The position numbers and the translations under genes are program-made. Shown here in pieces: positions 47,165 to 57,004 of a DNA stretch of 64,000 nucleotides. Location of the stretch: the NCBI GenBank assembly GCA_036676395.1, contig JAKFCY010000002.1, positions 2,464,001-2,528,000 on the forward strand, written 5' to 3'. The DNA comes from Bdellovibrio sp. Lineage in GTDB: Bacteria; Bdellovibrionota; Bdellovibrionia; Bdellovibrionales; Bdellovibrionaceae. How positions within the stretch are numbered: position 1 is the stretch's first letter; each line of letters starts with the position of its first letter. The notes beneath the pieces are model-generated. The model had not been told where the DNA came from and made no database searches. It saw only the letters and a list, made by a program, of their open reading frames with translations.

Positions 47165-48448
47165 ATGGAAAAACTAAGAATCTGCCTCATTGGTCAAAAA
47201 ATCCAAGTGCAAAGCCGCTCTTCGGACACAGGATTACTTTGGCCTTTAGCGCGTGGACTTTCAAAAAAAGGTCACGAAGTAACGATTCTTTCATCGACGA
47301 CTCCGTTAAAAAAATCTGAAATTTATCGCGATGGCGTGCGCGCTTATTACCTATTCGAAGGTGCTTCGCACTATAAAACGCAGCGTTTTGTCGATGCGGT
47401 TCATAAAAAATTTACTTCACTTCACTTAGATAAACCTTTTGATATTGTTCACTGCTTAGATGACGGCGGTTACAAAATTGGCCGTCATAAGAATAACTTT
47501 AAAACTTGTGTGGCTTACGACGTACAGGCCACTACGATGTCTGATCTATTTTCAACACTAGCTGAAAATGACGGAAGCTTACAATCGCAATTTAAAACTT
47601 CAATTAAATTAGGTTATCGCTTTATTCATAACTTTTTTGCAAAAGACAGATCACTCCTTGATACTGCTGATGGGATATTTGTTACGACTCCCCAACAGCG
47701 CACGATTTTAGAAAGATATTTTTTATATCCTGATTATCATACTTACACTGTTCCGTACGGGATTAATTTAGGGGATTTAGCGCCCCGCCAAGAATCTGCG
47801 AATTTTAAATTAAAAATGCAGATTCCTGAAGAGGCTCAAATTATTTTAGCTGTTTCAGATTTTTCAAATGCACTAGAGCTTCGCCCGCTCTTAAAAGCGT
47901 TTGAAAAAATCATTATGAAAAATTCGAACGTTTATTTATTTTTAGTGGGCGATGGCCCACGCTGGAAAGACGTTGAGTACGACATGCTCAAATTAGTCTT
48001 AGGCAGTCGCGTGATCATGACCGGATCAATGACCGCCGAAGACCTGTTAGAATGTATTGCGGCCTCTAGTATTTATGTTGATTTAAGCTCAAGATCGACG
48101 GGTCTAGAACCCAGTTTGATCGAGGCCATGGCTCAGAAAAAAATCGTAGTGGGTTCAGAACTTAGCCCGATTGCTGAAATTATCGAAGACGGACTTGATG
48201 GATATCTAGTCAGACCAGCCGATGATCTAAATATTGCTCAATTATTAGAGAAAGTTCTGAACGAACAAGATGCTTTTGCGCTTATTGGAGAGGCAGCCCG
48301 GGATAAAGTATTGAAGTTTTTCAACCGTGAAAAGATGATTGATGCTTTATTGGCAGCCTATTTCCAAATAATCGAAAAATCGCCCTATTTTAAGCGCCGC
48401 AAAAAGATCGCTGGGCCTTTGCAAAGTCTATTTGCAAAAGACAAATAA
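47165..48448 (+). CDS. Glycosyltransferase family 4
   Basis: GHEVTILS, FDIVH, VPYGI, VGDGP, EAMA. Confidence 0.85.
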   Translation: MEKLRICLIGQKIQVQSRSSDTGLLWPLARGLSKKGHEVTILSSTTPLKKSEIYRDGVRAYYLFEGASHYKTQRFVDAVHKKFTSLHLDKPFDIVHCLDDGGYKIGRHKNNFKTCVAYDVQATTMSDLFSTLAENDGSLQSQFKTSIKLGYRFIHNFFAKDRSLLDTADGIFVTTPQQRTILERYFLYPDYHTYTVPYGINLGDLAPRQESANFKLKMQIPEEAQIILAVSDFSNALELRPLLKAFEKIIMKNSNVYLFLVGDGPRWKDVEYDMLKLVLGSRVIMTGSMTAEDLLECIAASSIYVDLSSRSTGLEPSLIEAMAQKKIVVGSELSPIAEIIEDGLDGYLVRPADDLNIAQLLEKVLNEQDAFALIGEAARDKVLKFFNREKMIDALLAAYFQIIEKSPYFKRRKKIAGPLQSLFAKDK

Positions 48449-48488
48449 CCAGCCATAATATCAGTAGTTTCGATAACTTAGAGGCCCT

Positions 48489-48764
48489 ATGACTAAAGCT
48501 GATCTGATCAATCTTGTTTCTGATAAAGCCGGCATTACTCGCGTAAAAGCAGAGGCCGTTGTGAATACTATTTTTGATACTATGGTTGAAGCTTTAATGA
48601 AAGATGACCGTATCGAAATTCGTGGTTTTGGATCATTTGTAAATCGTGAATATGATTCTTACAAAGGCCGCAATCCAAGAACCGGCGAAGTGATTTCTGT
48701 CGATGAAAAGAAATTACCGTTTTTCAAAGTCGGCAAAGAACTAAAAGAATCTTTAAATAAATAA
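48489..48764 (+). CDS. IHF-beta/HU-family DNA-binding protein
   Basis: IEIRGFGSF, GRNPRTGE, PFFKVGKEL. Confidence 0.95.
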   Translation: MTKADLINLVSDKAGITRVKAEAVVNTIFDTMVEALMKDDRIEIRGFGSFVNREYDSYKGRNPRTGEVISVDEKKLPFFKVGKELKESLNK

Positions 48765-48787
48765 TGTCTATTTGCTTACAGCAAAAT

Positions 48788-48821
48788 AAAAAAAGCGAGG
48801 AAGGAACCTCGCTTTTTTTTT
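48788..48821. terminator. Bidirectional intrinsic terminator between IHF/HU and flagellin
   Basis: A7-GCGAGG-AAGGAA-CCTCGC-T9. Confidence 0.9.
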
Positions 48822-48845
48822 AAGTTCTAACTATCTAACTAACGA

Positions 48846-49679
48846 TTAACCAATAAGTTTTAAAGCTAAATTCGGTTGCATATTAGCTTGTGATAACACT
48901 GAAGTCGTACCTTGTAATAATACAGAGTTACGAGCTAAATCAGAAGTTGTCTGAGCGATATCCGCATCACGTAGACGTGAATTTGCTGCACTCATTGATT
49001 CAGACATTGTACCGATAACATCTACTGTTGAAGTTAAACGATTTTGTAATGAACCTAAGTTTGCGCGCGAACCAGAAACCGCTAATTGAGCATTATCTAA
49101 AGCTGATAAACCATCACGAGCGCCGTCTTTAGTTGTGAAATCTAAGGCCCCGATGCCCAAGTGATCAATCGTTACATTTGTATTTGAAGCATCATAACCA
49201 ATCCAGTCAGTTGCTGCATTTGCAGATGTACCTACATGGATATCATATGTTCCACCAGTGCCATCTAATAATTTACGCGAACCGAAAGTTGTTGATTCAG
49301 CCACACGCTGAACCTCTGCCTTAAGAGCATCAACCTCAGATTGCACGAAACCACGTTCTTGATCGCCAATCGTATCAGAAGAAGCTTGGATACCTAATTC
49401 ACGGATACGAGTTAAAATATTTGATACTTCACCCATAGATTGCTCTGCCGTCTGAATCATCGAGATACCATCATTAGCATTTCGTGAAGCTTGTCCGTAT
49501 GAACGGATTGTTGATTTTAAATTTTCAGAGATCGCTAAGCCTGCAGCATCGTCTCCCGCTTTAGTGATACGAGAACCAGTTGATAATTGCGCCATTGATT
49601 TTTGCATCTCACGAGTATTTACACCCATTGTTTTTTGTGCGTTGATCGATGCCACGTTTGTCGAAATTCTTAAACCCAT
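48846..49679 (-). CDS. fliC: Flagellin (short, 277 aa)
   Basis: RISTNVAS, LSTGSRI..AGDDAAGLAI, NANDGIS..QTAE, RANLGSLQNRL, SRLRDAD. Confidence 0.96.
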   Translation of the reverse strand: MGLRISTNVASINAQKTMGVNTREMQKSMAQLSTGSRITKAGDDAAGLAISENLKSTIRSYGQASRNANDGISMIQTAEQSMGEVSNILTRIRELGIQASSDTIGDQERGFVQSEVDALKAEVQRVAESTTFGSRKLLDGTGGTYDIHVGTSANAATDWIGYDASNTNVTIDHLGIGALDFTTKDGARDGLSALDNAQLAVSGSRANLGSLQNRLTSTVDVIGTMSESMSAANSRLRDADIAQTTSDLARNSVLLQGTTSVLSQANMQPNLALKLIG

Positions 49680-49842
49680 TGTCTTAACCTTTGCATGAAC
49701 TACTTTGTAGTTCTGTTGTACGTAATTGGTGACCCTGCACTTAGTACTTTGAATTGTTCATCATCGAATTTCTTAAAACAGTCACATCTTAAGAGTTCTC
49801 CGAACAAGACTTTCGTAAGTCTCGAATCGTTTTGTTACTTAC

Positions 49843-49869
49843 CTTTCGGCTAGTCTAGGAAGCACTTTA
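49843..49869 (-). promoter_or_regulatory. sigma28 promoter of flagellin
   Basis: Minus strand TAAA-N15-GCCGAAAG. Confidence 0.8.
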
Positions 49870-49996
49870 GTCTGGTCGAGTTAAACTAGACCATGGTCGT
49901 AGTCGAACTAGACTTAAGTGTTGAAATTAGGACCAAGAACTAGGTTTTTACTAAACCTTAGTCTAGGTAGGTTATTTGAAATTTTAGAAATAAAAT

Positions 49997-50920
49997 TTAT
50001 TTTGGAGCTTGGCCCCATTGAGCCATAACTGGAGTAATCCAACTCTCTAGATAGTGATACACAACAACAGTTCTTGCACCGTTATTACATAGATCACCTG
50101 AGGTATCATCCTGACCAATAAAAACTTCTGAATTGACGGCGGCGATGACTAATTCACCATTATCATCCATCAACACGGCGCCACCAGAATCACCGCTGCA
50201 TAAGCCCGGTCCATCTTTTTGGCCAAAAATTAAATTCTTATTAATAAAGTATGAATTTGGATCATCGTCGGCGAATTTGCGCTTCACGGTAGCTTTACGC
50301 AATAACAATGAATCTTTTTGAAAAGTTCCAGTAATACCAAAACCATATAAGAATAATTCTGAAGTTAAAGCTTCAGGTGCTTTAGAAATTCTAAAGATCG
50401 GAAAACTAGCCGGTGCCGGACGTGATAAATGCACTAAACCTAAATCGTTATTATCATCAAGAACTGTTGAGCCCTCGACGATATCTGTATATTCAGGATG
50501 AAAAATCATTTTATCTACAGGAATTGCATGTTGCGTGCGTTTGTAACCGCTACCGCAAGAAACATCTGTGTAGAACACCGCTTGCATTTTTACGGCATCA
50601 TTTACACAATGTGCGGCAGTTAATAATGTCTGATTATCAATTAATGATGATGAACAAAGATGTTGTTCACCGTTTTTGTCTTCCCAGATTAATAGGACTG
50701 AACGAGTTGCATCTGGATCAGATTGTTTTACAACTTGGCCGTTAACAATACCGGCCCGTTGTCCTGGATTACACTCTGCTGAAAAATAATCGAATCCCTG
50801 TTCTTGTAAATCTGAATCAGTGGCCTGCGCTCTTTTTTGTTCAGCGCAGGCACTGATCATGACCACCAGAATAAGCAAACTTAAAGTTCCCCAACCCTTT
50901 TGCTTATTTGATGTCCCCAT
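49997..50920 (-). CDS. S1 (trypsin-fold) serine protease lipoprotein
   Basis: Lipobox ISAC; IVNG; TAAHC; DLGLV; GDSGG. Confidence 0.93.
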   Translation of the reverse strand: MGTSNKQKGWGTLSLLILVVMISACAEQKRAQATDSDLQEQGFDYFSAECNPGQRAGIVNGQVVKQSDPDATRSVLLIWEDKNGEQHLCSSSLIDNQTLLTAAHCVNDAVKMQAVFYTDVSCGSGYKRTQHAIPVDKMIFHPEYTDIVEGSTVLDDNNDLGLVHLSRPAPASFPIFRISKAPEALTSELFLYGFGITGTFQKDSLLLRKATVKRKFADDDPNSYFINKNLIFGQKDGPGLCSGDSGGAVLMDDNGELVIAAVNSEVFIGQDDTSGDLCNNGARTVVVYHYLESWITPVMAQWGQAPK

Positions 50921-51014
50921 ATCATAACCCCATGACGTATCTTTAACCGTCTTTTAATAACTCTTGTGGAACTACTTTTAGCGACAATTTCAGTCACTTT
51001 CCACTACAATGTGA

Positions 51015-52220
51015 TCACGATGAATAATCAACAAGACTGTCTATAGACTTGACGTTTTTGAGGGCCATATAGAGGCGTTCAACGCCTAAAGCAATACCGG
51101 CGCTCGGGGGCATGCCGTACTCAAGTGACTGGAAAAATTCTTCATCAAGAGTGACAGTTTTTTTCCCTAATTGTTTCTTTTTTTCTAAATCTTCATTGGC
51201 ACGTGCGCGTTGTACGCTTGGATTATTTAACTCGTGAAAAGCATTCGCAAGCTCTAGGCCCTTCCAGTACACTTCAAAACGCTCGGCCCAGCCATCTTTA
51301 TCAATACGCGCAAGAGCTGCCTGATAGGGAGGGTATTTTTCAACAAATACTAATCTATCCTGTGGCCATTTATTTTCGATTTTTTCCATGAAGATTAAAT
51401 AGAAATAATCATCAATACTAGTGGCACTTTGCACATCGACATTAAGCTTCTGGGCTAAGGCTTTTAATTCTTCAGGCGTTGTCGTGGGTTTAAAATCAAA
51501 TTGGCAGTAGGTTTTAAATAGGTCTGCGACAGAAAAAGTTAAAACTTCTTTCGGGCGCTCGACACGCAATTTATCTGAGATATATTCAATAAGTTCGATG
51601 GTGTCGTGTTTCATATTCGCTAAATACGACATCGCCCGGTACCACTCTAACATTAGAAATTCATGATGGTGGCGTTCAGTTTTTTCGTTATTACGAAATA
51701 CGGGAGCTATTTCAAATACCCGATCGGCGCCTAGGCTTAACAATTTTTTTAAATGTAATTCTGGCGAAGTTGGCAGAAAGTATTTTTTTGTTTTAGAACC
51801 TAAAACTAATTCGGTTTCAAAAACATCTAAACTGGGTTCTGTTCCGGGGCATTCAACAAGAGTTGGTGTTTTAACTTCTAAGAAACGTTTTTCATGAAAA
51901 AACACGCGTAAGTGATGCAGATATTCAAAAAAGCCTTTTTTACGTAACCAAGGGTCTTCATCGGCTTTATAGAATCCAGGGCGTGTCGTTAAATTCGGCG
52001 CCAGTAACACAAACTGGCCTGCTCCCATGATGGCGATGAGATCTCCATCAACTAAGACTTCAGAACCTTTATATTGGGGAGCATCTTTGGCTTTAAATTC
52101 ACTGACGTTATTTACGCCAACTCTAAGCTGGTTTACTCTGCCATACTGCAGAAAACCGCGTGGACAATCAGGGTATGCCGTCCAGTGTTGTTGAAGATAT
52201 TCATCTCTTGTTTTGCCCAT
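51015..52220 (-). CDS. epmA: EF-P lysine aminoacylase
   Basis: FLPTSPELHLKKLL, FRNNE..HHHEFLMLEWY, ERFE, ELANAFHEL, GIALGVERL; no anticodon domain. Confidence 0.9.
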   Translation of the reverse strand: MGKTRDEYLQQHWTAYPDCPRGFLQYGRVNQLRVGVNNVSEFKAKDAPQYKGSEVLVDGDLIAIMGAGQFVLLAPNLTTRPGFYKADEDPWLRKKGFFEYLHHLRVFFHEKRFLEVKTPTLVECPGTEPSLDVFETELVLGSKTKKYFLPTSPELHLKKLLSLGADRVFEIAPVFRNNEKTERHHHEFLMLEWYRAMSYLANMKHDTIELIEYISDKLRVERPKEVLTFSVADLFKTYCQFDFKPTTTPEELKALAQKLNVDVQSATSIDDYFYLIFMEKIENKWPQDRLVFVEKYPPYQAALARIDKDGWAERFEVYWKGLELANAFHELNNPSVQRARANEDLEKKKQLGKKTVTLDEEFFQSLEYGMPPSAGIALGVERLYMALKNVKSIDSLVDYSS

Positions 52221-52249
52221 GGCTAAAAGATGACTTATAAACTAGGTCT

Positions 52250-53722
52250 ATGCAAACACTATCTCTTTCTCAAGAATTACCAAAAAGATTCAGTTCTTTT
52301 TTCGAACAACAATTTAATCATTACAAAAATAAAGCGGACTTCGTCGCGTTTAAAATGATTTCTGAAACGACACGGGATTTCACTGTGCGTAACGGTAAGC
52401 CTGACATGATGCACACGTTTCATGATATCGGCGTATTAATTGAGATTATGAAAGATGGTCACATCGGCTACGGCGCCACTTGCGAATTAACGGCTAACGG
52501 TATTGCCCGCGCATTTACTATGGCCGAAAAAATGACCGGCATCAGCAGTAAATATCCTGTCGCTAAATTTGATATGTCAGTTCGCCCTAAATCGATTGGC
52601 AAATATAAATCCTCTCGCCAAACAGGATTAGATCAATTATCTGCGGCTGAAATTTATGATTTCTTAAAAAAGACATCTAACAAATTAAAAGTGAACGATA
52701 AAATCATTAACGCTTCAGCTGAAGCCATGGTGATTGAATGCCGTCAGCATTATTTATCTTCGCAAGGGGCTAACTTTGAACAAGATTTTAATATTATCGT
52801 CAGTGCTTTTTCTGCGACTGCACAAGATGGCACTGAAACCCAAACTCGCTCATTACATGGTGGCCGCGGTATTTGTTTACAAATCGGTTCTGAATTTTTT
52901 AATTTAGAAAACACTTTAGCTGATTGCGAACAAACATCGGCTGATGCTTTAGAATTATTAACAGCTCCAAACTGCCCGACTGAAACTTGTGACGTGATTT
53001 TAGCGCCGGATCAAATGTTATTACAAATTCATGAATCAATTGGTCACCCGTTAGAATTAGATCGCATCTTAGGAGACGAGCGAAATTTTGCTGGCTGGAG
53101 CTTCGTGCAACCGCAGGATTTCGGCTCATTAGAATACGGAAGCCCAATGATGAATGTAGTGTTTGACCCGGCCACTTCAAATCAAATGGCCAGTTACGCC
53201 TTTGATGAAGTTGGAAATCCAGCCGAGAAAAAATATTTAATTAAAGATGGTATCTTGCAAGCTGGTCTTGGCAGCTTAGAAAGCCAATTCAGAAGCAAAC
53301 TATCAGGTGTAGCAAATTCCAGATCAAGCTCATGGAATCGCGCTCCGATTGATCGTATGGCTAATATTAATCTTGAAGGTGGATCGCAATCTTTAGAACA
53401 AATGATCAGCTCTATGGAAAATGGCGTAATCATGTATGCTAACCGTTCGTGGTCAATTGATGATTACCGTCGTAAATTTCAATTCGGCTGTGAATTAGCC
53501 AAACAAGTTAAAAACGGTAAGATCGTTGGCACATTAAAAAATCCAAATTACCGCGGCATTACAGTGCCTTTCTGGAAAAGCCTTGCAGGCCTAACCAGCA
53601 CTGATACCTGTGAAACATACGGATCACCTTACTGCGGCAAAGGCGAACCAAGTCAGATCATTCGCGTTGGCCATTCATCGCCGTACGCTCTATTTAATAA
53701 TATCGAAATTTTTGGTGGTTAA
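52250..53722 (+). CDS. tldD: TldD-family metalloprotease
   Basis: HESIGH, PIDRMAN, CGKGEP. Confidence 0.9.
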   Translation: MQTLSLSQELPKRFSSFFEQQFNHYKNKADFVAFKMISETTRDFTVRNGKPDMMHTFHDIGVLIEIMKDGHIGYGATCELTANGIARAFTMAEKMTGISSKYPVAKFDMSVRPKSIGKYKSSRQTGLDQLSAAEIYDFLKKTSNKLKVNDKIINASAEAMVIECRQHYLSSQGANFEQDFNIIVSAFSATAQDGTETQTRSLHGGRGICLQIGSEFFNLENTLADCEQTSADALELLTAPNCPTETCDVILAPDQMLLQIHESIGHPLELDRILGDERNFAGWSFVQPQDFGSLEYGSPMMNVVFDPATSNQMASYAFDEVGNPAEKKYLIKDGILQAGLGSLESQFRSKLSGVANSRSSSWNRAPIDRMANINLEGGSQSLEQMISSMENGVIMYANRSWSIDDYRRKFQFGCELAKQVKNGKIVGTLKNPNYRGITVPFWKSLAGLTSTDTCETYGSPYCGKGEPSQIIRVGHSSPYALFNNIEIFGG

Positions 53723-53726
53723 GATT

Positions 53727-55046
53727 ATGAAGACTTATATTAAAAAATTCTCTGAAGATCTATTCGCAACTTTAAAACCTCAGGAGCAACTTGGTTTATT
53801 TTTGCACTCTGAAGATTCAACGTTTATTCGCTTTTCGCAAAGCAAAGTGCGCCAAAACACTTCGGTGCACCAGCATGAAGTGACTTTGCAGTTTAATAAA
53901 GAACAACGCACCTTAAAAATGCGCTTTAATTTAACGCTGGATTTAACTCATGACCTGCAAAGTGCAAAACACTTATTAGATGATGCGCGCGTTCAGTTAA
54001 TGCAAATGGATCCACACCCGCAATTTATCGCGTTTAAGAATAATGGACAAAGTGAAACTTTTAAAAAAGTAGACCGCCCTGCGGATTCTGAAATCCCCGG
54101 ATTAATTTATGATACCTACAAAGACACTGACCTTGCCGGTTTTTGGTGTTCAGGCCCGCTACGCCAAGCTTCGATCAATTCTGAAGGTCAATTTCATTTT
54201 TTCGAAACAGATTATTTCTTTTTGGATTATTCGTTATACAATGGCCCAAAAGCCGCTAAAGGCTATTATTCAGCCGAGAATTTCTTGCTGGCTGAATTTG
54301 AAGCGCAAGCCCAGGCGACCAAAAATAAATTAAATTTATTAAACCGCCCGACACAGACCATTCCGCGGGGCTTACACAATGTTTATCTTGAACCAATGGC
54401 TATGGCAGAAATTATGGGAACATTAGCCTGGGGCTCATTAAGCCAGGGCACATTTAACAAAGGTTATGCGCCATTAAAAAAATTAAAAGATAAAGAAGTA
54501 AAATTATCTTCGAAATTTTCTTTAACTGAAAATTTTGATTTAGGTTATTCGCCGTTGTTCAATTCAATGGGCGAGTTAAGTCCGAATAAAATTGAATTGA
54601 TCAAAGACGGCGAATTAAAAACGATGTTAACCAGCACTTCAACTGCGAAAGAGTACAATATTGAAACAAACTTCGCAGACATCTCTGAAGCTCCGCGTAG
54701 TCTGGAAGTTAGAGCCGGCACTCTAGAAACAAAAGATATTTTGTCAAAATTAGGTCAAGGACTCTATCTTTCAAACTTACATTACATCAACTACTCAGAC
54801 GTGCAAACTGCGCGCATGACAGGAATGACTCGCTTTGCATGCTTTTACGTAGATAAGGGCGAAATCGTTGGTCCTATTCAAGACTTACGCTTTGACGAGT
54901 CGATTTTTAATATCTTCGGTGATAACTTGGTCGAACTTACAAAAGAGTCGTCAGTTTACGTCAGCACGATGACTTACCTGAAACGTGATCTTGGGGCATT
55001 CAAGACGCCGGGTGCGTTGATTAAGAATTTTAACTTTACTCTGTAA
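53727..55046 (+). CDS. TldE/PmbA-family protein
   Basis: FIRFSQSKVRQ, LHYINYSD, TGMTR; no HExxH; follows tldD. Confidence 0.85.
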   Translation: MKTYIKKFSEDLFATLKPQEQLGLFLHSEDSTFIRFSQSKVRQNTSVHQHEVTLQFNKEQRTLKMRFNLTLDLTHDLQSAKHLLDDARVQLMQMDPHPQFIAFKNNGQSETFKKVDRPADSEIPGLIYDTYKDTDLAGFWCSGPLRQASINSEGQFHFFETDYFFLDYSLYNGPKAAKGYYSAENFLLAEFEAQAQATKNKLNLLNRPTQTIPRGLHNVYLEPMAMAEIMGTLAWGSLSQGTFNKGYAPLKKLKDKEVKLSSKFSLTENFDLGYSPLFNSMGELSPNKIELIKDGELKTMLTSTSTAKEYNIETNFADISEAPRSLEVRAGTLETKDILSKLGQGLYLSNLHYINYSDVQTARMTGMTRFACFYVDKGEIVGPIQDLRFDESIFNIFGDNLVELTKESSVYVSTMTYLKRDLGAFKTPGALIKNFNFTL

Positions 55047-55107
55047 ATGTTTTTGTATTTAAGTTAGGATAAGACTATATAACGAGTAACTCTTTAAGGA
55101 GACTTTT

Positions 55108-55539
55108 ATGGCTTTAACAAATATCCAAAAAATCGTACAAAAACTTTCTGAACAAAAAGGTGTAAAAAAAGTCATCGCTGACGTTCAAGCGGTCACTCAT
55201 GATTTACAAACTAAGATCCAAAAGATCTCTGCAGACAAAGCAGTAAAAAAATATAAAGACTTAGCTAAAAAAGTTGTAGCTGCTGAAAACGAACTTCAAA
55301 GAGAAGTTCATAAAGTTGTGGCACAAGTAAAACGTTCAGCAACTGATGTTGAAAAAAACTTAGCAGCTTATAAAAAGAAAGCTGAAGCACAAAGATCTAA
55401 AATCGAAAAAGCGATCAAAGCCAAAGCTTCTGAGTACGGTGTGAAAACTAAAAAAGCGCCGAAAGCGAAAGCCAAATCAAAAGCCAGACCTACTGTGCGC
55501 AAAGCGAAGAAAAAAACTTCAGCTCGCAAAAAGTCTTAA
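55108..55539 (+). CDS. Very basic coiled-coil protein with a Lys/Ala-rich histone-H1-like tail
   Basis: AAGGAG SD; helical N-part; KAPKAKAKSKARPTVRKAKKK tail. Confidence 0.7.
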   Translation: MALTNIQKIVQKLSEQKGVKKVIADVQAVTHDLQTKIQKISADKAVKKYKDLAKKVVAAENELQREVHKVVAQVKRSATDVEKNLAAYKKKAEAQRSKIEKAIKAKASEYGVKTKKAPKAKAKSKARPTVRKAKKKTSARKKS

Positions 55540-55629
55540 GACCTAAGTAGGAATTGTAAAGATTTGGTCCTGAAAAGCTCCAGTCAATTTACTATTATGT
55601 CGATCCTACTGCCATGAAATGGAGCTTTC

Positions 55630-56886
55630 ATGGCAAAGCAATTTAAATTAAAAAATCTTCGCAGCTTAGCACTGATATCACTCCTGGCCTTATCGGCCTG
55701 CGAAAAAAGCGCTGACGAAATTTTAGCCGCAACTAATTCTAAAATTTTATATGTTTCAACTGGTTCATGCAATTCGGGACAAGGTATTACAACCTACACC
55801 ACGACAGCTACGCGTACCGTAGAAAGATACTTATCTTCAAACGGCGTAAATTTAGGATACCTACTAGATTATAATATTTTTGGTCTATTTACCACAGCCA
55901 CACACCCGCGCACTCTGATCGATAATGGCACTCACCTCTTAATTCTTAATGAACATGCGACAGCCTCTGAACGTCGGATTATCAAAGTTCCTAAAACTGA
56001 CCCTCTTTCATTCACTAATTATTACGCCAACGCCACAGCCCTAAGTGGCGTCTTAAGAGGAATGGCCATGGATTCTGAAGGCAGCCTTATTGTTGGCAAA
56101 TCCACTGCTATTGAAAAAGTTGGCGCCAATCAAACACGCGTGCTGGCCGGAGCTGCGCCCTGGATCAATGCCCCCGCAGGCACCTGCGCCACAGCAACAA
56201 CCGCCATGAGTTCTGTAGTTACTCTTCCTCCTGTTTCAGCCGGAGTACCCGGAAAAATTGTATTCGCACACCAAGGAGCCACAGCAGCTCTTAATCGACT
56301 GGGATTAATTTCAGGAACTGGATATTTCGCTGCAGGCGACTGTTTAAATGGAGTTCAAATTTCATCAGTAACTCACACTAAAGCTGCAAATCTTGCTGTA
56401 AATACCGTGGCTTTTAATGCCGCCGGAACCTCGCCGACTTCTATGCTGTTGATTCCTTTCGTTAGCGGATCTGTTACGGCAAAACTTATTGTTAGCTATT
56501 CTAATGGTCAGACCAGCAATAGCGCTGCGGGCACTTACAATTTGAACCATGGGATTGTTTCATGGGATGTTACCGAAACATCTTCAACGGCAGGTACATT
56601 ATCTAATCCAGTCGTACTTTATGACAACCCGACTTATTTATTCGGCGTCTCGGCGATGGCTTACGATAGTGACACGCAATCACTTTATGTCGCAACAGCC
56701 GGAGACCCAGGCGTTGTAAATCAAACAACAAACAATTATGGCTATAATATTGAAAAGTTCAGCGTAAGCTTCACCAATGCCCAAACGACAGGCTTAGAAC
56801 TGACTCGCCAAGCGAGCAACAACTTGCCTTTTATTCGCGGTGGAGCGAATACAAAGTGCATTAGTGACATCACCTTAGGCTACTAA
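55630..56886 (+). CDS. Lipoprotein, probable beta-propeller
   Basis: Lipobox LSAC; T/S/G/A-rich beta repeats (MAYDSDTQSLYVA). Confidence 0.65.
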   Translation: MAKQFKLKNLRSLALISLLALSACEKSADEILAATNSKILYVSTGSCNSGQGITTYTTTATRTVERYLSSNGVNLGYLLDYNIFGLFTTATHPRTLIDNGTHLLILNEHATASERRIIKVPKTDPLSFTNYYANATALSGVLRGMAMDSEGSLIVGKSTAIEKVGANQTRVLAGAAPWINAPAGTCATATTAMSSVVTLPPVSAGVPGKIVFAHQGATAALNRLGLISGTGYFAAGDCLNGVQISSVTHTKAANLAVNTVAFNAAGTSPTSMLLIPFVSGSVTAKLIVSYSNGQTSNSAAGTYNLNHGIVSWDVTETSSTAGTLSNPVVLYDNPTYLFGVSAMAYDSDTQSLYVATAGDPGVVNQTTNNYGYNIEKFSVSFTNAQTTGLELTRQASNNLPFIRGGANTKCISDITLGY

Positions 56887-57004
56887 TCAAGATCGACCAC
56901 AAAATAAGCACTTAGCTATACGGCGCAAGCGCTCCGTGTAGATCATTGTGCCCTTAATCCCCCCGTGATAGCGTGTTTTCGAACAATTACATACGGGGAT
57001 ATAC

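Noticed and set aside
56887..57004. Canonical glycine riboswitch before gcvP
   Set aside because: Too short for tandem aptamers and lacks the conserved aptamer sequences.
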